Of a stretch of 64,000 nt of DNA, positions 25,101-40,100 are shown piece after piece. Origin of the DNA: Ascidiella aspersa (taxonomy: Eukaryota); NCBI GenBank assembly GCA_963924565.1, contig OZ004614.1, positions 16,554,001 through 16,618,000 of the forward strand, written 5' to 3'. Every line of letters starts with the position of its first letter. The stretch's first letter is position 1. A program made the translations under genes and the position numbers. The notes beneath the pieces are model-generated. The model was not told the DNA's origin. It was given only the letters and a program-made list of their open reading frames with translations, and made no database searches.

Positions 25101-28100
25101 AGGTTTAATGAGATGGGTTAACTTGTTTCACTTCATTTCGATTTATTTATGTAACTTGATGTTGGGACTAAAAGCTTTTCGTTTGCGAACCCCCTTGAAC
25201 TGATTCACGAGCCCGACTTTGGAAACAGCTTGCTTAAACAATTGCTTTTGGGGAAAATCCGAAAAGCAAGTGTTGACTATCGGAAAATATTGTCACTTGT
25301 TAAACGTCTCAGTCAGTCGAGTGCGAATTCATAATGGCAGTAATTAGCGAAACGGGTTAAGGCGCTACAAACAGCATTTCAATTAGTTTTCATAAAAGTT
25401 ATCGGCTATACTGTAGCAAGGTAGTTAAATAACGTGAAAATACAACTGTCAAACATACTTTAGGCGTCGAATTTAAAATAGTCGTTAAAACAAATTTGTT
25501 GAGCAATACCTTAGCTGCGTCGTATTCCTGCCACGAAGGAGGAGGCTTCTGAATTGAATCGTTGTCCGAGGCGGAGAACGACGGACTAACAGCGGGCAAC
25601 TGAGGTCGAACGTAGCAGAGGGGTACGCGTGCATCCTGGGGGGCACGAATGAGGGTAAATGCGATGATTTTGGTAACAAATTGCGATCAGGTTTGGAGGT
25701 ACGGTTGACATTTGATTTCCAAAGCAAAGTGGGTGAATTAGGCGTATGAAAAAGGTGTCAATAAGTTATTAACATAGGTGTAACTGGGCGGAGGTAACAC
25801 AAATGATAACGTTGCATATAAATGGCGCCATAATCTCATTAAAAGAAATGTGCGTGGTATTTTGGCTAGATGTATGAGGGCATGAGTCCAAATGAAAAAT
25901 GAGGAAAGAAGAGAAGAAAGAAACATAATTTAAATCTGGAGGAATGACATAACACTGATAAGTAAAAGTTGAATAGCGTTATTCGATGAAAGCAATAAAT
26001 TGTTTTAAAAAATGCTACTGAGCTTGCAAAACATTACTTAAGACGGTCTTTAGGATTTTATAACAGTTTAATTTCTAAAATGAGAAAACTTCTAACTTTT
26101 ATAATCAATATATTCAGGAAGCAATTATTAAGATATACCTGATCTCCAGTCCCCTCTAGAGGAAAAGAATCTCTCGAGCTTCTCTGATAAGCGGCGGGTC
26201 GTTCCGGAACGCGAGGAGCATGCGGTGAACTGAAATCTGTTTTAAACGAGGATTAAGGATTAATGGTAAGAAAACTAACCAGGGCTTTCCAAAAAGAAAC
26301 ACGTAGGTTACAAAATGCTTAGATGGGACAAGTGTAAACCAGATTCAATTCAATTAATTTGTAGAACTTTAAAATAACCAACTATTGTTGGCAAGAAGTA
26401 CTTGTCGTGCAGTGTACTATTAAAGTTAATACAAGAAATGTGCAATAACACATCAGTAAAAAACGTGTAATAGTTTCTTTCGCAATGCACTTTTATACCT
26501 GCGTTGTAGGGTACAACCGGTTGAATATCCCTGCTGCATCGACTGCCTCGCCTGTACTTGGAATCGTGCAATCTCTTCCGACGCCAAAGGAACCCGGCCA
26601 ATACGACAAGCCCGATGAACAAAATGATCACGCAGATGATTACGATGATCAACACTGAAACACTACTCGTGGTAGGTTCTGGTTTCTCCGTCGGGTTGAG
26701 AGAAATGGGACAGCGAGGGTCTGCACAAATTAAAAAATACTGTTTGCAAAACACATGAAATTGCTGACGATGCACAATAAGGTTTGCTAACAATTTTTTG
26801 TACAATTCTTCAAGTGAACTAATAAGAAATTCAATGTAACAGTTAGGTATTTTAACGTTGAGCATTACTCGCGGCCAAATAATAGACCTTAAGTCGGCTA
26901 AATTGGTATAGTTTCGTTCAAGCGTGAGGCAAATTCTCGCATTGAACTAAAAAAATCCCACTATGAACATTGGTAAATCAAACCATGTCGACTAAGTGGC
27001 AGCAGCGATTTATGCTCACCAGGTTTAGGCGTGGTGCAATTGCACGCGTAGCCGCCGTCAAAGTTATGGCAGCTGCCCGCTTTGTTTCCGCAATCCTTTC
27101 GCGCCGCCTCCGTCGCACACTCGTCAACGTCGATCTCGCAACGTTGCCCGCTCCACCCGGAGGCGCAAAAGCACGAGGGCGTGCCCGCCACGCCCACCAC
27201 GCACGTGCCGTGGTTCCGGCAGCGGCCGATCGCATGACACGCCGAGGGAGTCTCGCATCGTTCGCCGGCGAAGCCAATTGGGCACTTGCACCTGATATAA
27301 TGGAATAAATTGCTGTTATCATTGCGCAGTTTTCTAACGACCTTCGATAAACGAGGTGCGACCATTGCTTATAGAGAACCAAACTATAGTTTTCTTCCGA
27401 CAGCCCAATGTTTTAAACTTTATCTATACTGATTTCATATGTTTTTGACTTTTTATTAATTTTATTATTACTTTGCTATGTATTTATATGTATTTTACTT
27501 TACTTATAGGAAACGATGGTACCAGTATAGACGAAATAAATATTTTTGAAAATGTATGATTCTTGATTTACTCTTGTTTAATATAAACATAACATCTTTG
27601 GATAAATGTGGGCGTAAGCTTTTTTTGCTGCGTTAGAAAGTAATTTTCTGTAGCATTGGCACTAAATTTATCGTGACGAAACTACGCTGACATCTTGTGG
27701 TATTGCCAATCGACGTAATCAATCTTCTTATTGTATGTTGTTTTGTGTGACATAAGGTCAAAACAATGACCCGAACCTCATGTTCTTTCCCTCAAACAAG
27801 CAAACTCCTTTGTTCTGGCAAGGCCAGCGAGCGCAAGGGTCCGCTTCTTCGCAATGGTCGCCGTTGAACTGCACAGGGCAGTTGCACACGTAGGCACCGT
27901 CGCCGTGGGGAAGACAGGTGCCCCCGTTTCTACAAGGTTGGTGGAAGCAGGCGGCCATACTGATAAGCTCGTCCGTACACCTGCCGAAGTTAAGTGGTCT
28001 TCAAAATTGCAACTAGTACTAGCGTTCGAGAATTGAATAGCGTCTTATTGAGTGATAACTAACTATCGAATGTACTATAAAATAAAGGAAATCATAGACG

Positions 28101-31100
28101 TCAAGTACCTTTAGTACACTAAGCAGACTAGTGTTGGTGGCATAAAAAATATTATACGTGTCAATAGTAGCAACCACCCATGAGGCTAAGCAAACATTAC
28201 TGCTTTGTTCTATAAGTTCATATAAGCATTACTTAAGGCTCAAAAATAGAATCACTACAATGCAATAACCCATCTAAAAAGACAAATTGAACTTACGTAT
28301 CTAAAGCAGCGCGGTGATCGCGAAGCACCAGGCCGGGACTCGAACCGGCGCCGCTCGGATTGGAAGCGCTGGACTGCGGCGTTGGAAGTGGTGTTTCGTT
28401 AATCTCTGGACTCTCCAAGCAGCCTCGGAAACCTCGAGTGATGACAGCGGAAGACGACCTGGCTTCTCTCTGCCTCGTATCAACGCCGCGTCTTGACCTT
28501 GCACCCCTCGGAACTCCGCCGAGGGTCATCGACGTTAGCTGGATTCGCTTTCGGCCGCCTGTTGCTTTCAGCGAAGCGACGAACTGGTGGTCTAGGGTCA
28601 GCTTGAAAGCACAAGAAGCGGATGAACCTTCAGAGGGTTGAATGTCGACGTCGTGCCATTTTCCGTCGTTTATCATCACCAAATCGCGCTCCATAGTCTG
28701 CGGGCCGCCACCGCAGTCGAATGTGTAGCGAGCCAGGCCATTGGCCACCTCCAAGTGCGCGAAATGGCGCGGACCCGATGCGTGGAAAATGGTTGCGTTT
28801 GATTGAAAGGTCCGCAAGCGAAAATTCACGTGGAAAGGCGCCTGTTTGAGGGTCTGGCCGAACTCGAACTTCGCGTAGCCAGCGCCGTCAAACGATAAAA
28901 TCTTGGGCGTGCCTTTCGCGGCCGTACACCTGTAGCCTTTAGCCTCGTTGGGGTTCACCACACAGCGCTGCGTTTTTTTACACGGATTGTTCTCCGTGGA
29001 GCAGATTGACTTACATTCGGGGCCCATGGTCCCTGAAGGACACACGCACTTGGGCGTGCGGTAAAACCGCTGAGTCACCAAGCTCCAGGAGTCAGCACTT
29101 ACTGGCTGTGGCTCGTTAACTTTGCTCCAGGGAATTAACACGGGGACTTGGCGACAAGTGAAGTTGCAGCCATCTAGAAGACAATCGCTGGTTTTGATGC
29201 TTTCCACCTCGGCGCGAAGTTGGTCTTCAATCCTCGTGAGGCTCTTTTCCAAGTTCAGCCTTATAATACGAGACTGATAAAAGCCTGAGCTTGCTTTCTG
29301 GCTCGGCGGCTTACGCACGCTAAACAGCAGCTCAACAGCTCCCTCGTGCGACATCAAAGAAATAATCAGAAGGTCGCGCGGGGCGCTAAAACCTTGCGGA
29401 AGTAGTTCCCTGAGTTTGGTGACAAATAGTTTGTGGTAAAGCGAGATATAGCTGCTCAGACTGCCGATACCGCTGAACGTGATCGACAGGCTTTGCTCCA
29501 GAGCCTCTTTTGTTATTTGTCTGACTTTGACTGGTATCGCCGATATGTTGCTTCGACTTCCGTCACTCACTCGCATTAAAACACTATGGTCGCCCAGTGA
29601 TATGGGAGCTAACGCCTTGATTGCTCCCGTGTCCGTGGAAACAAAGAAGCGCTCAAAGTCCTCTGGTGAGGCGAGGGAGAATCGGAGTCGGTCAGAGTCG
29701 AATACGTCCCGATCGGTAGCGCGGAGATGATCGACAATCGCTCCTCCGTCGAATTGATCTATAAAAAATGATACATGTCTATAATTTTGTGCAAGAATGA
29801 AAGGAGTTTACGAATAGATAAAGAAGGGTTTAAATAGGAAAAGCCATAATAAGTCAGAAATAAGTTAACTAGAATTTTATGATTTACACTCCGTTTCTAA
29901 TTTTACCATTTCATACAATCTGTTAAGATATAAAAGGTCCTTTTCAAATAAAAGGATACCGATGTTTGATTGCGTTTGACTGAAATGTGTTTTAAGACTC
30001 ACGCTCGGCCACATAGAAACTTAACCCAGTAGTAAACTTCATATTAAGCTCAGCGATATGTCATTTTACGTTCCACATGTGTGCGAACGTTATTGGTGTG
30101 AAATACTTGTAGAAGCATGAAATAAAGACACGTGAAGAAACAATAGAAACCAGTCGTAACACAAACACGTCATCCACCATATAATATACCTTCGATAGTG
30201 GTGATCACAACACTGTGAGGAACCAGCTCGGGCGGATACTGGCTTCGTTTCAGGACAACCACGTTCAACAGGAGATGAGAAGCGGCCGAGAGAGTCCGAG
30301 GCTTACCGGAATCAGTGACGTCAATAAGTAGCTGATGGACGACACGGTGAGAGCGGGCCACGCCCCCAAAATCGTCCAATACTAGGGCTCGACGAGTTTT
30401 GACGATGTTATCGGCATCGAGATAGAACAGACCTGAGAAGCGAAAACTTTTAAGGTTAACTAAGAGCGAAGTTTCGATGCATACTGCAGGGAATAAATAC
30501 GTAATAATCGCTGGTCATTTTAACCCGCGTTCGTGTTAGTTTTGTACTTATTGATAGAATAAACGTTTGGAAGATTTTTAAATGTCACAGCATTATTCTT
30601 GTCTTAAAGAGAAGGGTTTAAAATAAACAAAAGAGCAACGGGGTTTTATTTAATACATTGCACTTTAAACTCTTTTTAGCGTACCCATAAAGACGGCTAT
30701 GAAACGCCGTTACCCCCGGATTACAGCAAAAATTTAAGCACTTTAAAGTTGAATTTTTTTGAGAACACTGGTAAACGCACCTTTCTCATTGCCTTCGAAG
30801 ATGCGGAAACTGAACGGCGCCCCGTTGCCTTCTCCATCGCCGTCTGTTGCGTTCAACTGCGCCAGTCCTCGTTGAACGGGATCCGTCGAACCGGCGTGAA
30901 TGTGAACTGTGCAGTTGGCGCCATTAACCGAAACCAAAACCACCGCGCCCGAATCGCCGCTAGTTGGCGCCGTGACGAGGAAACGCGGCCGTACGTCGTT
31001 TACGTCGGTGACGTGAACAAAAACGTCAGCGGTGCTCGATTTGGCCGGGTTTCCGCCGTCTGTAGCCGTCACGGGAATCGTGTATGATTTTCGCGACTCG

Positions 31101-34100
31101 TAATCTAAACCAGGGCTTGAAATGGAAAGATCCCCAGATAAGGAATCCATTTGGAAAGGACCGTGGGACGAGTCGATAGAGTAAGTTACATTGCCGGCGT
31201 CATTGCTGTCACGGTCCGTTGCGCTCACGTGAGCAATGACGCGCCCTTCTTCAGTGTCCTCCGACACGGAGACCTATGTAAAGCAGAAAGTGATATAAAA
31301 TATAAAACATTTAAACTGATGTTATTTTTTTTTCTTTTTCAAGCTTAATAGGTGACAACCAAATACTTGATTAATTTACCTCGTACAAGGGCGATGTAAA
31401 AACCGGGGTGTTGTCATTTACATCAAGTATGACCACGTTGAGGGTGCACTCTCCCGACAGGGGGTTCTCGCTGCGGTCGGACGCTGTTACCGTGATGACG
31501 TAACTGATGTCATTTTCGTAGTCGACGGGAGAAATGAGAGTGATTTCACCTGTTAACGACGATATTTTTGTATTTGTCTAATAACTTTGTAAATTAAGTA
31601 ACGTTAACACAATTTTTTTTTAAAGTTAAATTTAGATTTTTTCTGCGAAGCCTAATTTTGATAAACTGAAAAACAAGTGGCACCAGAGTTCTTTTTAGAC
31701 AAATACAGTTATCAGGCAAGATTAATTTTGATAAGAAACCTAAACTAACAACAGTGCTATATCGTCAACTCACAAAATATCAGCTACTTACCATTCTCTT
31801 CGTTGACGGCGAATTTTCCGTGTTCGTTGCCGTGGGTGATCGTGTACCTCAGTTTGGCGTTCGCCCCTGAATCACGACTCACAGCACTCACTGTCGCCAC
31901 CTTGCGGCCAACGGGAAGATTCTCTGCCACTGTGACGTTGTACTTGAAGAAATAAAACAGCTTAATTAACGATAATTCGTGATAAAGTTTGGGATTATAT
32001 AAGTTTTTTTTAGAGTTCAAAGACCTAAACAAGACCAAAATTGATCCCTACATATTTCGAGCTACCGATTTTAAGAGTGAATAAAAACATACCTTTGTGT
32101 GCTCAAATATGGGCGGATTGTCATTCACATCTATGACTTGGAGATTTAAGACCGCAATGGACGAAAGCGACTCCTTGGCACCATCTGTGGCCTGCAGTGA
32201 TAAAAAGGACGAAATTAGCATAATGTAAACATCGTTGTAAGCAACAACAAACGTTCTACATATCCCGAGCACTTACCACTATCTCCAGCTCGTATGATGA
32301 TTTAGTCTCGCGGTCAAGCGGTTTTCGTAGAATAAGGATACCAGTTGATGGTTCGATAACGAACTGAGATGCAAAGTTGTCGCGTAACGTGTAGCGAATT
32401 GTTCCGTTCTTGCCTACAAAATAAAACAAGAGGTTATTAAACACATGTGCCCGTGATAAATCTACTAGCCCATCGCAGTTATATCTTGATATATTCCAGG
32501 ACAAGGGTTCTTAAAGGTGGTTCAATTTTGCAAGCAGAAAAACTTTTCACTGTACGCCATCGTAATATTAAAGTTTAATGAAACATTTCTTTTTTATCGC
32601 CACTAAACTACAAGATGTCATACGTCATACGTGTTATATACTTTCTTTTGGATGCAACGCAACCTCTAAGCTTTCATTGAATGGTTTTCTAACATTATTT
32701 CCTTTATTGGCGATGGTGGTTTTTAGTATAATACAATTACAGTTTGATACAGTTTCCCATATTTTTTAAAAACCTCTATTTGCTTTTGCAATATTTTTGC
32801 AAACTAGAATGTTAAAACACGAGGCAAATGGTGTATTCCACTTTACCTAGATCGGGATCGTACGCGATAACCCGATGTAGCAGTGAGTTCACGGGGATGT
32901 TTTCCTTTGTTGAGGCCCTCAATGACGTCACGTCGAACTCAGGAGCATTGTCATTGACGTCATCGACAATGATGTGAACCTGTATCACATGAAACGTGTC
33001 TAACTCGCACATTTGTAACAGTTTTGTTTTATTTATCTGCATTCGTTTTCTGCCTTTCAGCATAAATAATAGTTAAAAAAAGTTTGCTCCAGCGGCATGT
33101 TATGAAACTTACCGAACTAGTACAAGAAAGGTCACCGCCGTCAGTACTTGTGACAGTCAAGCGATATTCGCTCATCTTTTCGCGATCCAATTTTCCAGCT
33201 GTGAAGATTCGACCTAAAAAGAGGTTGATAGTAACATTATATAGGCAATGTACAAGGTAAGAAATATTACAAGCATAATGGTTGGAGGTTGTAGTAAGAT
33301 GTAATAAGAATATCAAAGCCCATACAAAGTTGCAGAGTAACTCAAAACGTCCAAAATGATACCATCTTCTGTATGGGATTTAATATTCTTACTACGCCTC
33401 ACTATCGAAATCAAAGACACAAACCACTAACAAAAACTTAACGCTTTTCTATATTTGGTCGCTTCTAAATGACTATACAAATGTGGCAGAAAATAGTTGT
33501 CAAAACCAATAAAAACGACAGAGTTGGAAGAGATATTTACCGGTGCTTCTGTCGCGAATGAAGTTTTCCGATCCTTTCCCGCTTAAGGTGTACTGCAAAG
33601 TGCCAAAGTTGCCAGCGTCGCGATCTTTGGAATCAATTTGGACGACGGCGAAATGCCTGGGCACGTTTTCCCTCACATGGACTTCGTAGTTGAGCTGTTA
33701 AAGCAAGGCGCTTATGGAAGCCCAATATTTGCTAACAGGTATGTACATTGTACACTACAGTGCACAACACGCGTGAACAATGTATAAAGAAAAGGATATA
33801 ACCGGTAAAACTGTCCGAAGATGTTGGCTATGTAATAATAATTCGGTTTTACTTTCTCTAAAAATTAATATTTTAAAAAGTCAAACGTAAATAAATGGAT
33901 TGCATTCGCGTTGCATGAAAATAAATGGATGAGATTGATTGACAGCTCTTTTCTATAAACTGCAAGTTCGCTCTTTAATAAACTTAAACTTATCTAATCG
34001 GCCATATACCTGCTCGCATGTTGGAGGGTTGTCGTTTACGTCATCGATAGTGACGAGCACGTGAGCTTGGTTGCTATGGAGACCATCGGTGGCGACCAGG

Positions 34101-37100
34101 GTCAGATCGTAAGAATCCCGAAAAAGTCTTCCACCTGCGTCTCGGTCGAGTGGTCGTACAACCTACAAGTAAAATTAGGAATACAGTTTCGAGTTTTCCA
34201 CATGAAAAAAGTAATGTCAATGTCCCAGTTTGAACCAAATATACTGCATTGAAGTTGATAAACGCAAATTACGGTTTATTACGTTTAGTTGAATGGTATA
34301 TGATTGTTTAAATAGACCGCAGTCAACGATTCATAGCATATTAGAATGGGCTACAAACTGGTCACGCCTTAAAAACAGAAATATTCAATCTATTGCCTGT
34401 TTGTATAACATAATATCGCATGTTTTCGAGTTTGACTACAACACCCAACAATTGTAGCACTTGTCCAACTCAGGCAGTTACACATTTCTAGAATAAAAAA
34501 ATTACTATATGCATATGGATTTTTCCCTTTAGTCAAGTGAGTTCCAATAGCAGCGTTATCTTAAAAATCTCTAGTAACGTAGGCAATTTCATCAAAATGT
34601 TAAGAACGGTAGCCATTTTAAGTCTCAGAAACATTTACTGTGACCTGATAAGCGATTCGCAACAGTAGGAATGTTCGATAGTATCGGATTGGAGCCGATA
34701 TTCGATTTTCGTGCAAGTTGAATTTAACAAAAAAGAGTAAGTTAACTGAAAGTAACTTTGCTTCTTAACGTTAAAAGTTTTGGTGTCATAACCTAAAAAA
34801 ATACCTTTGAACGCCTAAATTTTATCTATTTTGCTTTTGAGCGTGGCATTGCGAAAAACTATCGCAAAACTTTTGTCCAAAATATTAGGTATCAGTATCG
34901 GAATAAAATTTAAATATCAGACATTCCTACATCAGCATAGGTCATTGTGAAGCTGGTATACCTTTATTCCGACTTTAACGACGTGTTGATCGCCTCGAAG
35001 CCGATTCCAGATGACCTCGAAAAGTCGGTTGGGATCGCCATCGCTGATGAACAGATCAAGGTGTGTGCAGTCGACCGTGTCAGCGTCGATGACGCGAATT
35101 GACTTGGCTGTTGTGCTGCCGACTCGAGCGCTAAACACAGAAGTCGAAATAGATCACTAATCGTAAAAATACAGATATGGAAATCTTTCTGATACATATT
35201 TCTACGACATGATTTGACCCATATTAGGGAACTGCACAGAAAACACCCCGGTAGTATTTGGAAGCTTCTCAACATACATATTAGAGTACAAGTATTTCCA
35301 ATGCTTACTAGTTTATGTGCTACATCCTTAAAACAGTCATAATTTAAAACAGACAACTATCTTATTTAATTTTTTTGTTTTTCATTAACAAATATGATTA
35401 TTTGACATAAAAAAACAAGTAAGTATTACGTTTTTAACAGTTTTGCAGTTTTAGGTGCGCTAATCGGTAAAACTTCTTTTTACATTTTGACATTTATACC
35501 TATTTTAGATAAAAATAAATTAAAGAATTTTCGCTACCTTTCAGATATCGACAATGCGTAATCGGTTTTGCTGAACGTGGGTGCTACGTCATTCACATCC
35601 ACAAGATGCACAGTGACGTCACACGTTGCGTTGCGCCCTCCCCCGTCTGTTGCCTGCACAGCGATTAAATGTGTGCTATTCTGCTCCCTGTCCAGGGGGG
35701 AAACGGTGGTAACCGCACCCGTTGAGCTGTTGATGGCAAACAAGGGAGCTGCCGCCTCATCAGAAAGGATCCTAAAAGTGATTTAAAATTGATAAAATAC
35801 AAAACAAATCAAATACCTTATTTGAGCATTGTTTGCCCGAAAGTAACTACTTTAGGAGTTCACAGAAAATGTTTAGCACTGTTTTCAACATGTCAGTAAA
35901 TCACAAGATATTATAAACGGAAAACACTTGCACGGCCTAAACATTAATAATCATAATATAAGAAGAACGTGGATTACTAATATTACATACTTTTGGGCAA
36001 TTTTATTTAACCGGATTATTTAATGAATCAAAGACGCATTGGAATGAGATGATAATATTACACATTCAGATTGACATATACTTTTTTACGAAATACTTTG
36101 TTTACCTGTAAGTGACGTCGCCGTTCTTCCCTGTGTCCCGGTCGGTCGCCAGGACAGTTATGACGTCAGTTCCGGCCGGTTGATTTTCGACCACCGACGC
36201 TTGGTAACTCTCCGCGGAAAAGCGCGGGTCATTGTCGTTGACGTCATCAACAACCACGGTAAGCTGATGGTTTATTAGGTTTAAATTGAGACTCAAAGTT
36301 TAGCAAAGAATGCTTGTTGTATAACTTCGATTAGGTTTATTAAACATGATAAGTTTACAAAATAAAATGATAGGAATATAGAAAATAAATCAATAAAAGT
36401 TAAAGGCAGACAAATATATGTTAATTTATAATAATTTTATATAGTAAAGTGCAAAAAACACTGTTAATAGTATTTATTTTGCAGTTCTACGAAACGTACC
36501 GTCATAAAAGAAACAAGATCCGGAGTTGTAGAAACGTAAGCGAATACGGTGACGTCATAGCTTGATTGCGCTTCGCGGTCGAGCGGTTTTAAAAGCGACA
36601 ATACTCCGGTTGTACGATCGATCTCGAAAGTAGGTGAAAGGTCCATATCGCCTAATATTGAACAAACACTTGAACTGGCATGCAATAATAAGAACTTTTT
36701 AGAGCAAGGTAATTCCGTGTATTAAGGTAACAGTAAACTCAAAAGTGTTTTAAACTTCAAGGTAAACATTGATAAAACATTGTTGCAGTTTTTGAAATTT
36801 GTTCAATTGGCGCTTACTTTCTTCCTGTTGAGCCGTGATGTAGCGCGGTGCGAGTTCATAGGTCACCGATTCCTCGCTAGCTTCTGCTTGGATCTCAGCA
36901 ACCTTTATTTAATGGCAGGAAACGATAAAAATTTTCAACATCAAACAGTCATCTAGAATCCACTTAATGGGTGAAGCAAACAGTATTAGTACGTAATACG
37001 TATTATGGTATAGCGGCTATATAGCATCGTAAAGCTAGTAGCATTGGATAAGTTTGTTGTTGGTAACTTCACGCCACATAAAGATTGCTCGCTTTAGAAG

Positions 37101-40100
37101 CGTTATCAACCTTAACTTCGAAGCGTTTTAACCTGCGAACCGACGGCTACGTCCTCCGTAATATGAGCAGTGGAGTTGCGCTGGGCGAAGGTTGGTATCA
37201 TGCCTGGATGGGACACTAGGAATATCGACACTCCCACAACGTTGCTGAGCTGCGGGTCTCCTCGGTCGCTCGCCCGGACGAAGAACTGCAAGCTTGGCAC
37301 GTTGCCTGCGAGATCAAAAATTATACTTTAGTCGACAATACTACTGAAATGGGTTTACGAAATAGGACAGATAAGCAATTAGCGGCCTACGGCGCTGCAT
37401 GTTTAAACGCATGCTATATTTTTATGAAGTTTACATTTACATATAGCCATCAAATGGCCCAAGGGCGAAATAAAATTGTAGAACTGTATGATAACTGTAC
37501 CATTACTTTCATATTCTCTTTGAAACAAACTAAAATACGTTCTTTTAATTTTTTTATCGCTTTTCAAAAGTGCTCCGAAATAATCTGAAAATGATATTTG
37601 AAGTGCTTTTGTAATGCACGCGATTTGATTTAAAACAAACCTAAATGACGAAGCAGCGATCTGATCGTTATAATCCCGGTGTCCATATTAAGGTTCAGGT
37701 ATTGCTTTGCGTTCGACGGGTCGTCCTCTCCCCATGAATAAGCCACCGTTCCGTTGGCGCCGCTGTCCGGGTCTGTGGCGCTAACCTGTGGCGATACGGA
37801 ATGTTATTATTTTTTTTATTTTTTTAAAACTGTTTAGGAAACATACGATTTTTTATTTATTTAAGGTTCGTTTGGAACTTTAGACTTTCGCACATCTGAA
37901 ATACAATTAACTACACAAAAAATAAACAATTTTGGTAAACTTTCAGTGTTTGCTTAATTGCGAGTGTAATAAACACATGTAGGGCACTTCAGACAACATA
38001 TATGCTAATAGATAATGCCTGTTATCTAACCTGAAGCACAAAGTCAGATATCTCGGCGTCCATTTGCACGATAGAAGTGGCATAACCATCCAACCCGAAT
38101 ACAGGAGCGTTGTCGTTTGTGTCCAAAATCGTAACGCGTACCAAGCAATCAGATATCCACCCTGTAATACAAATGGTAAAATTAAAATATAATAGTAACC
38201 GGAGAATAAATGTTAATCACCGACCCGTTTTTTTAGATGAAAATATTTACCGACCCTTTTTTGAAAAAAATGAACAAACCTTTAAAAAAAGATGCTCAAA
38301 TCAAAAGTATAAAACGAAATTAGGTATATTTTAGTTTCTTCTGTAGTGATCAAAACTGCGGCAGCAAACCTCGCTCGTCGGTTGCCATGACGACGAACTC
38401 AATTATCGCGTCATCGTCAATATGTGACGTCACGGCTTCGCGGTCAATCCTCTCTCGCGTGTACAAGTTTCCGCTTGAAGCGTCAATGCGAAACAATGAC
38501 GAGAGCTGATCATCGGTCACCATCTCGTAAATCACGCGACCATTTCCGCTTGCACGTAACTACGTTAAAAACGAACGTTTTATCTATTTGCTTATTAAAA
38601 TAATAGGATGTTTTTTTAAAACTAACCCGGGTGCCATGTTAGATTAGAATTTTTTTAACTAAACAACCTTAGGAGACAATAAATGGGATCATATTTTAAA
38701 ATTGCAAAATTTAAAACAAACGTGACACATCAGGAATTTCCAAACTTTTTTTTATGCCTTTTCAAACTTTTCTTATTATTAATTTAGTAAAACTTTCGCG
38801 TCCGTTTAGGTTTGACTGTTGAACAGAATGTTACTTGCGTCCGATTTAGCGCGTTTACTAGTGGAATGTATTTTATTAGTTTGGAGTGACTTGGGCGGGA
38901 CATTTGCATATCGAAAGTCATCACGACTCCTAGTTTAGCAAACCTGTAGCCAGCTTGAAATGAATATGGTAAACGTTAAAAATACAATTATTTCTCATAA
39001 ACAACTTCCAACCTTTCCCACTCTTCTTCCTGCCGCTAGGTTTTCACCAACTGAAAACTGAAACAACGGCGAACGAAAAACCACGGGTTCGATTTTCGTG
39101 TCGTTGGAGATTATTCGTACGACGAGTGGCGACGTGCAAACGAACACTCCGTCGGTTACAGAAACAGTGTACGTCATCAGTGGTGACGTTGGCGGATTGG
39201 TACCGACTGTTATTAGCCCTAAAATAAAAGTTGGTTATTTTGTTTAGATCTGGTAGTTTATAAACTTTCTAAACAGAGTTTTTATGTTCACGGGAAACTC
39301 ACCAGTACTCGGATTCATCACAAGCCCTACTTCTTGCGGATCCGATTGACGGAGCGAGTAGACGAGTTTGTCAGAGTCGGATATGTCGGGATCGTAAGCA
39401 CGCACTCTACCCACCGGGTAACCCGAACTCGACTCGCTACTCAGAACGAACTCGTAAGCCACCTTAAACACAACAGACCAAGTCGTTGATATATAAACTG
39501 TTACTACCAGGCATAGTAATATACTAATTAGAAATAACTTACATAAGTTGCCGAAACGCTGGTTAAGGATTACAATTACCAGAGGAGATGTTTTTGATTA
39601 GTATAAATCGTAAATATGTTTAAAACAACTCCTAAAACAAGTTCAAGAATAATTTGTTTTAAAACTTAACGCACCTGGCCAAACACTGGGGCATTATCAT
39701 TGATGTCGCCAACGCGCACCGTCACCATGACGTCACAGTGACGTGGGGGCGACCCACCGTCCGACGCCCTAACCACGAACTTCATCAGCGGATTGACGTC
39801 ACTGTCGAGGCTGTTGGCAGTCCACACCATTCCAGTGTCGCTGTCGATTAGAAAGCTCCTTCCGTCCAACCAGGGCTCGTCCTCAAGAATGGCGTAGGTA
39901 ATGTGGCCATTGCTCCCGGCGTCTTTATCATTGGCTTGAATCTACAACGTAATTTGGCGTTAGTGAAGGATAATTCGGTGTTTTTTTATTTCTCAAAACC
40001 AATCAGCGCAACACGATTTTTGCGATGTGCATTATATTTGATGAAATTTTATATGGATGCAAATAAAACTCTTATTATTTAAAAAAATATCTTTTGATTC

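Noticed and set aside
25600-25727. [15 protein letters not shown] resembling a FAT tail motif
   Set aside because: Out of frame with SDNDSIQK; the real PxVPxRPxxY motif is in exon 26236-26139, which splices in phase to 25599.
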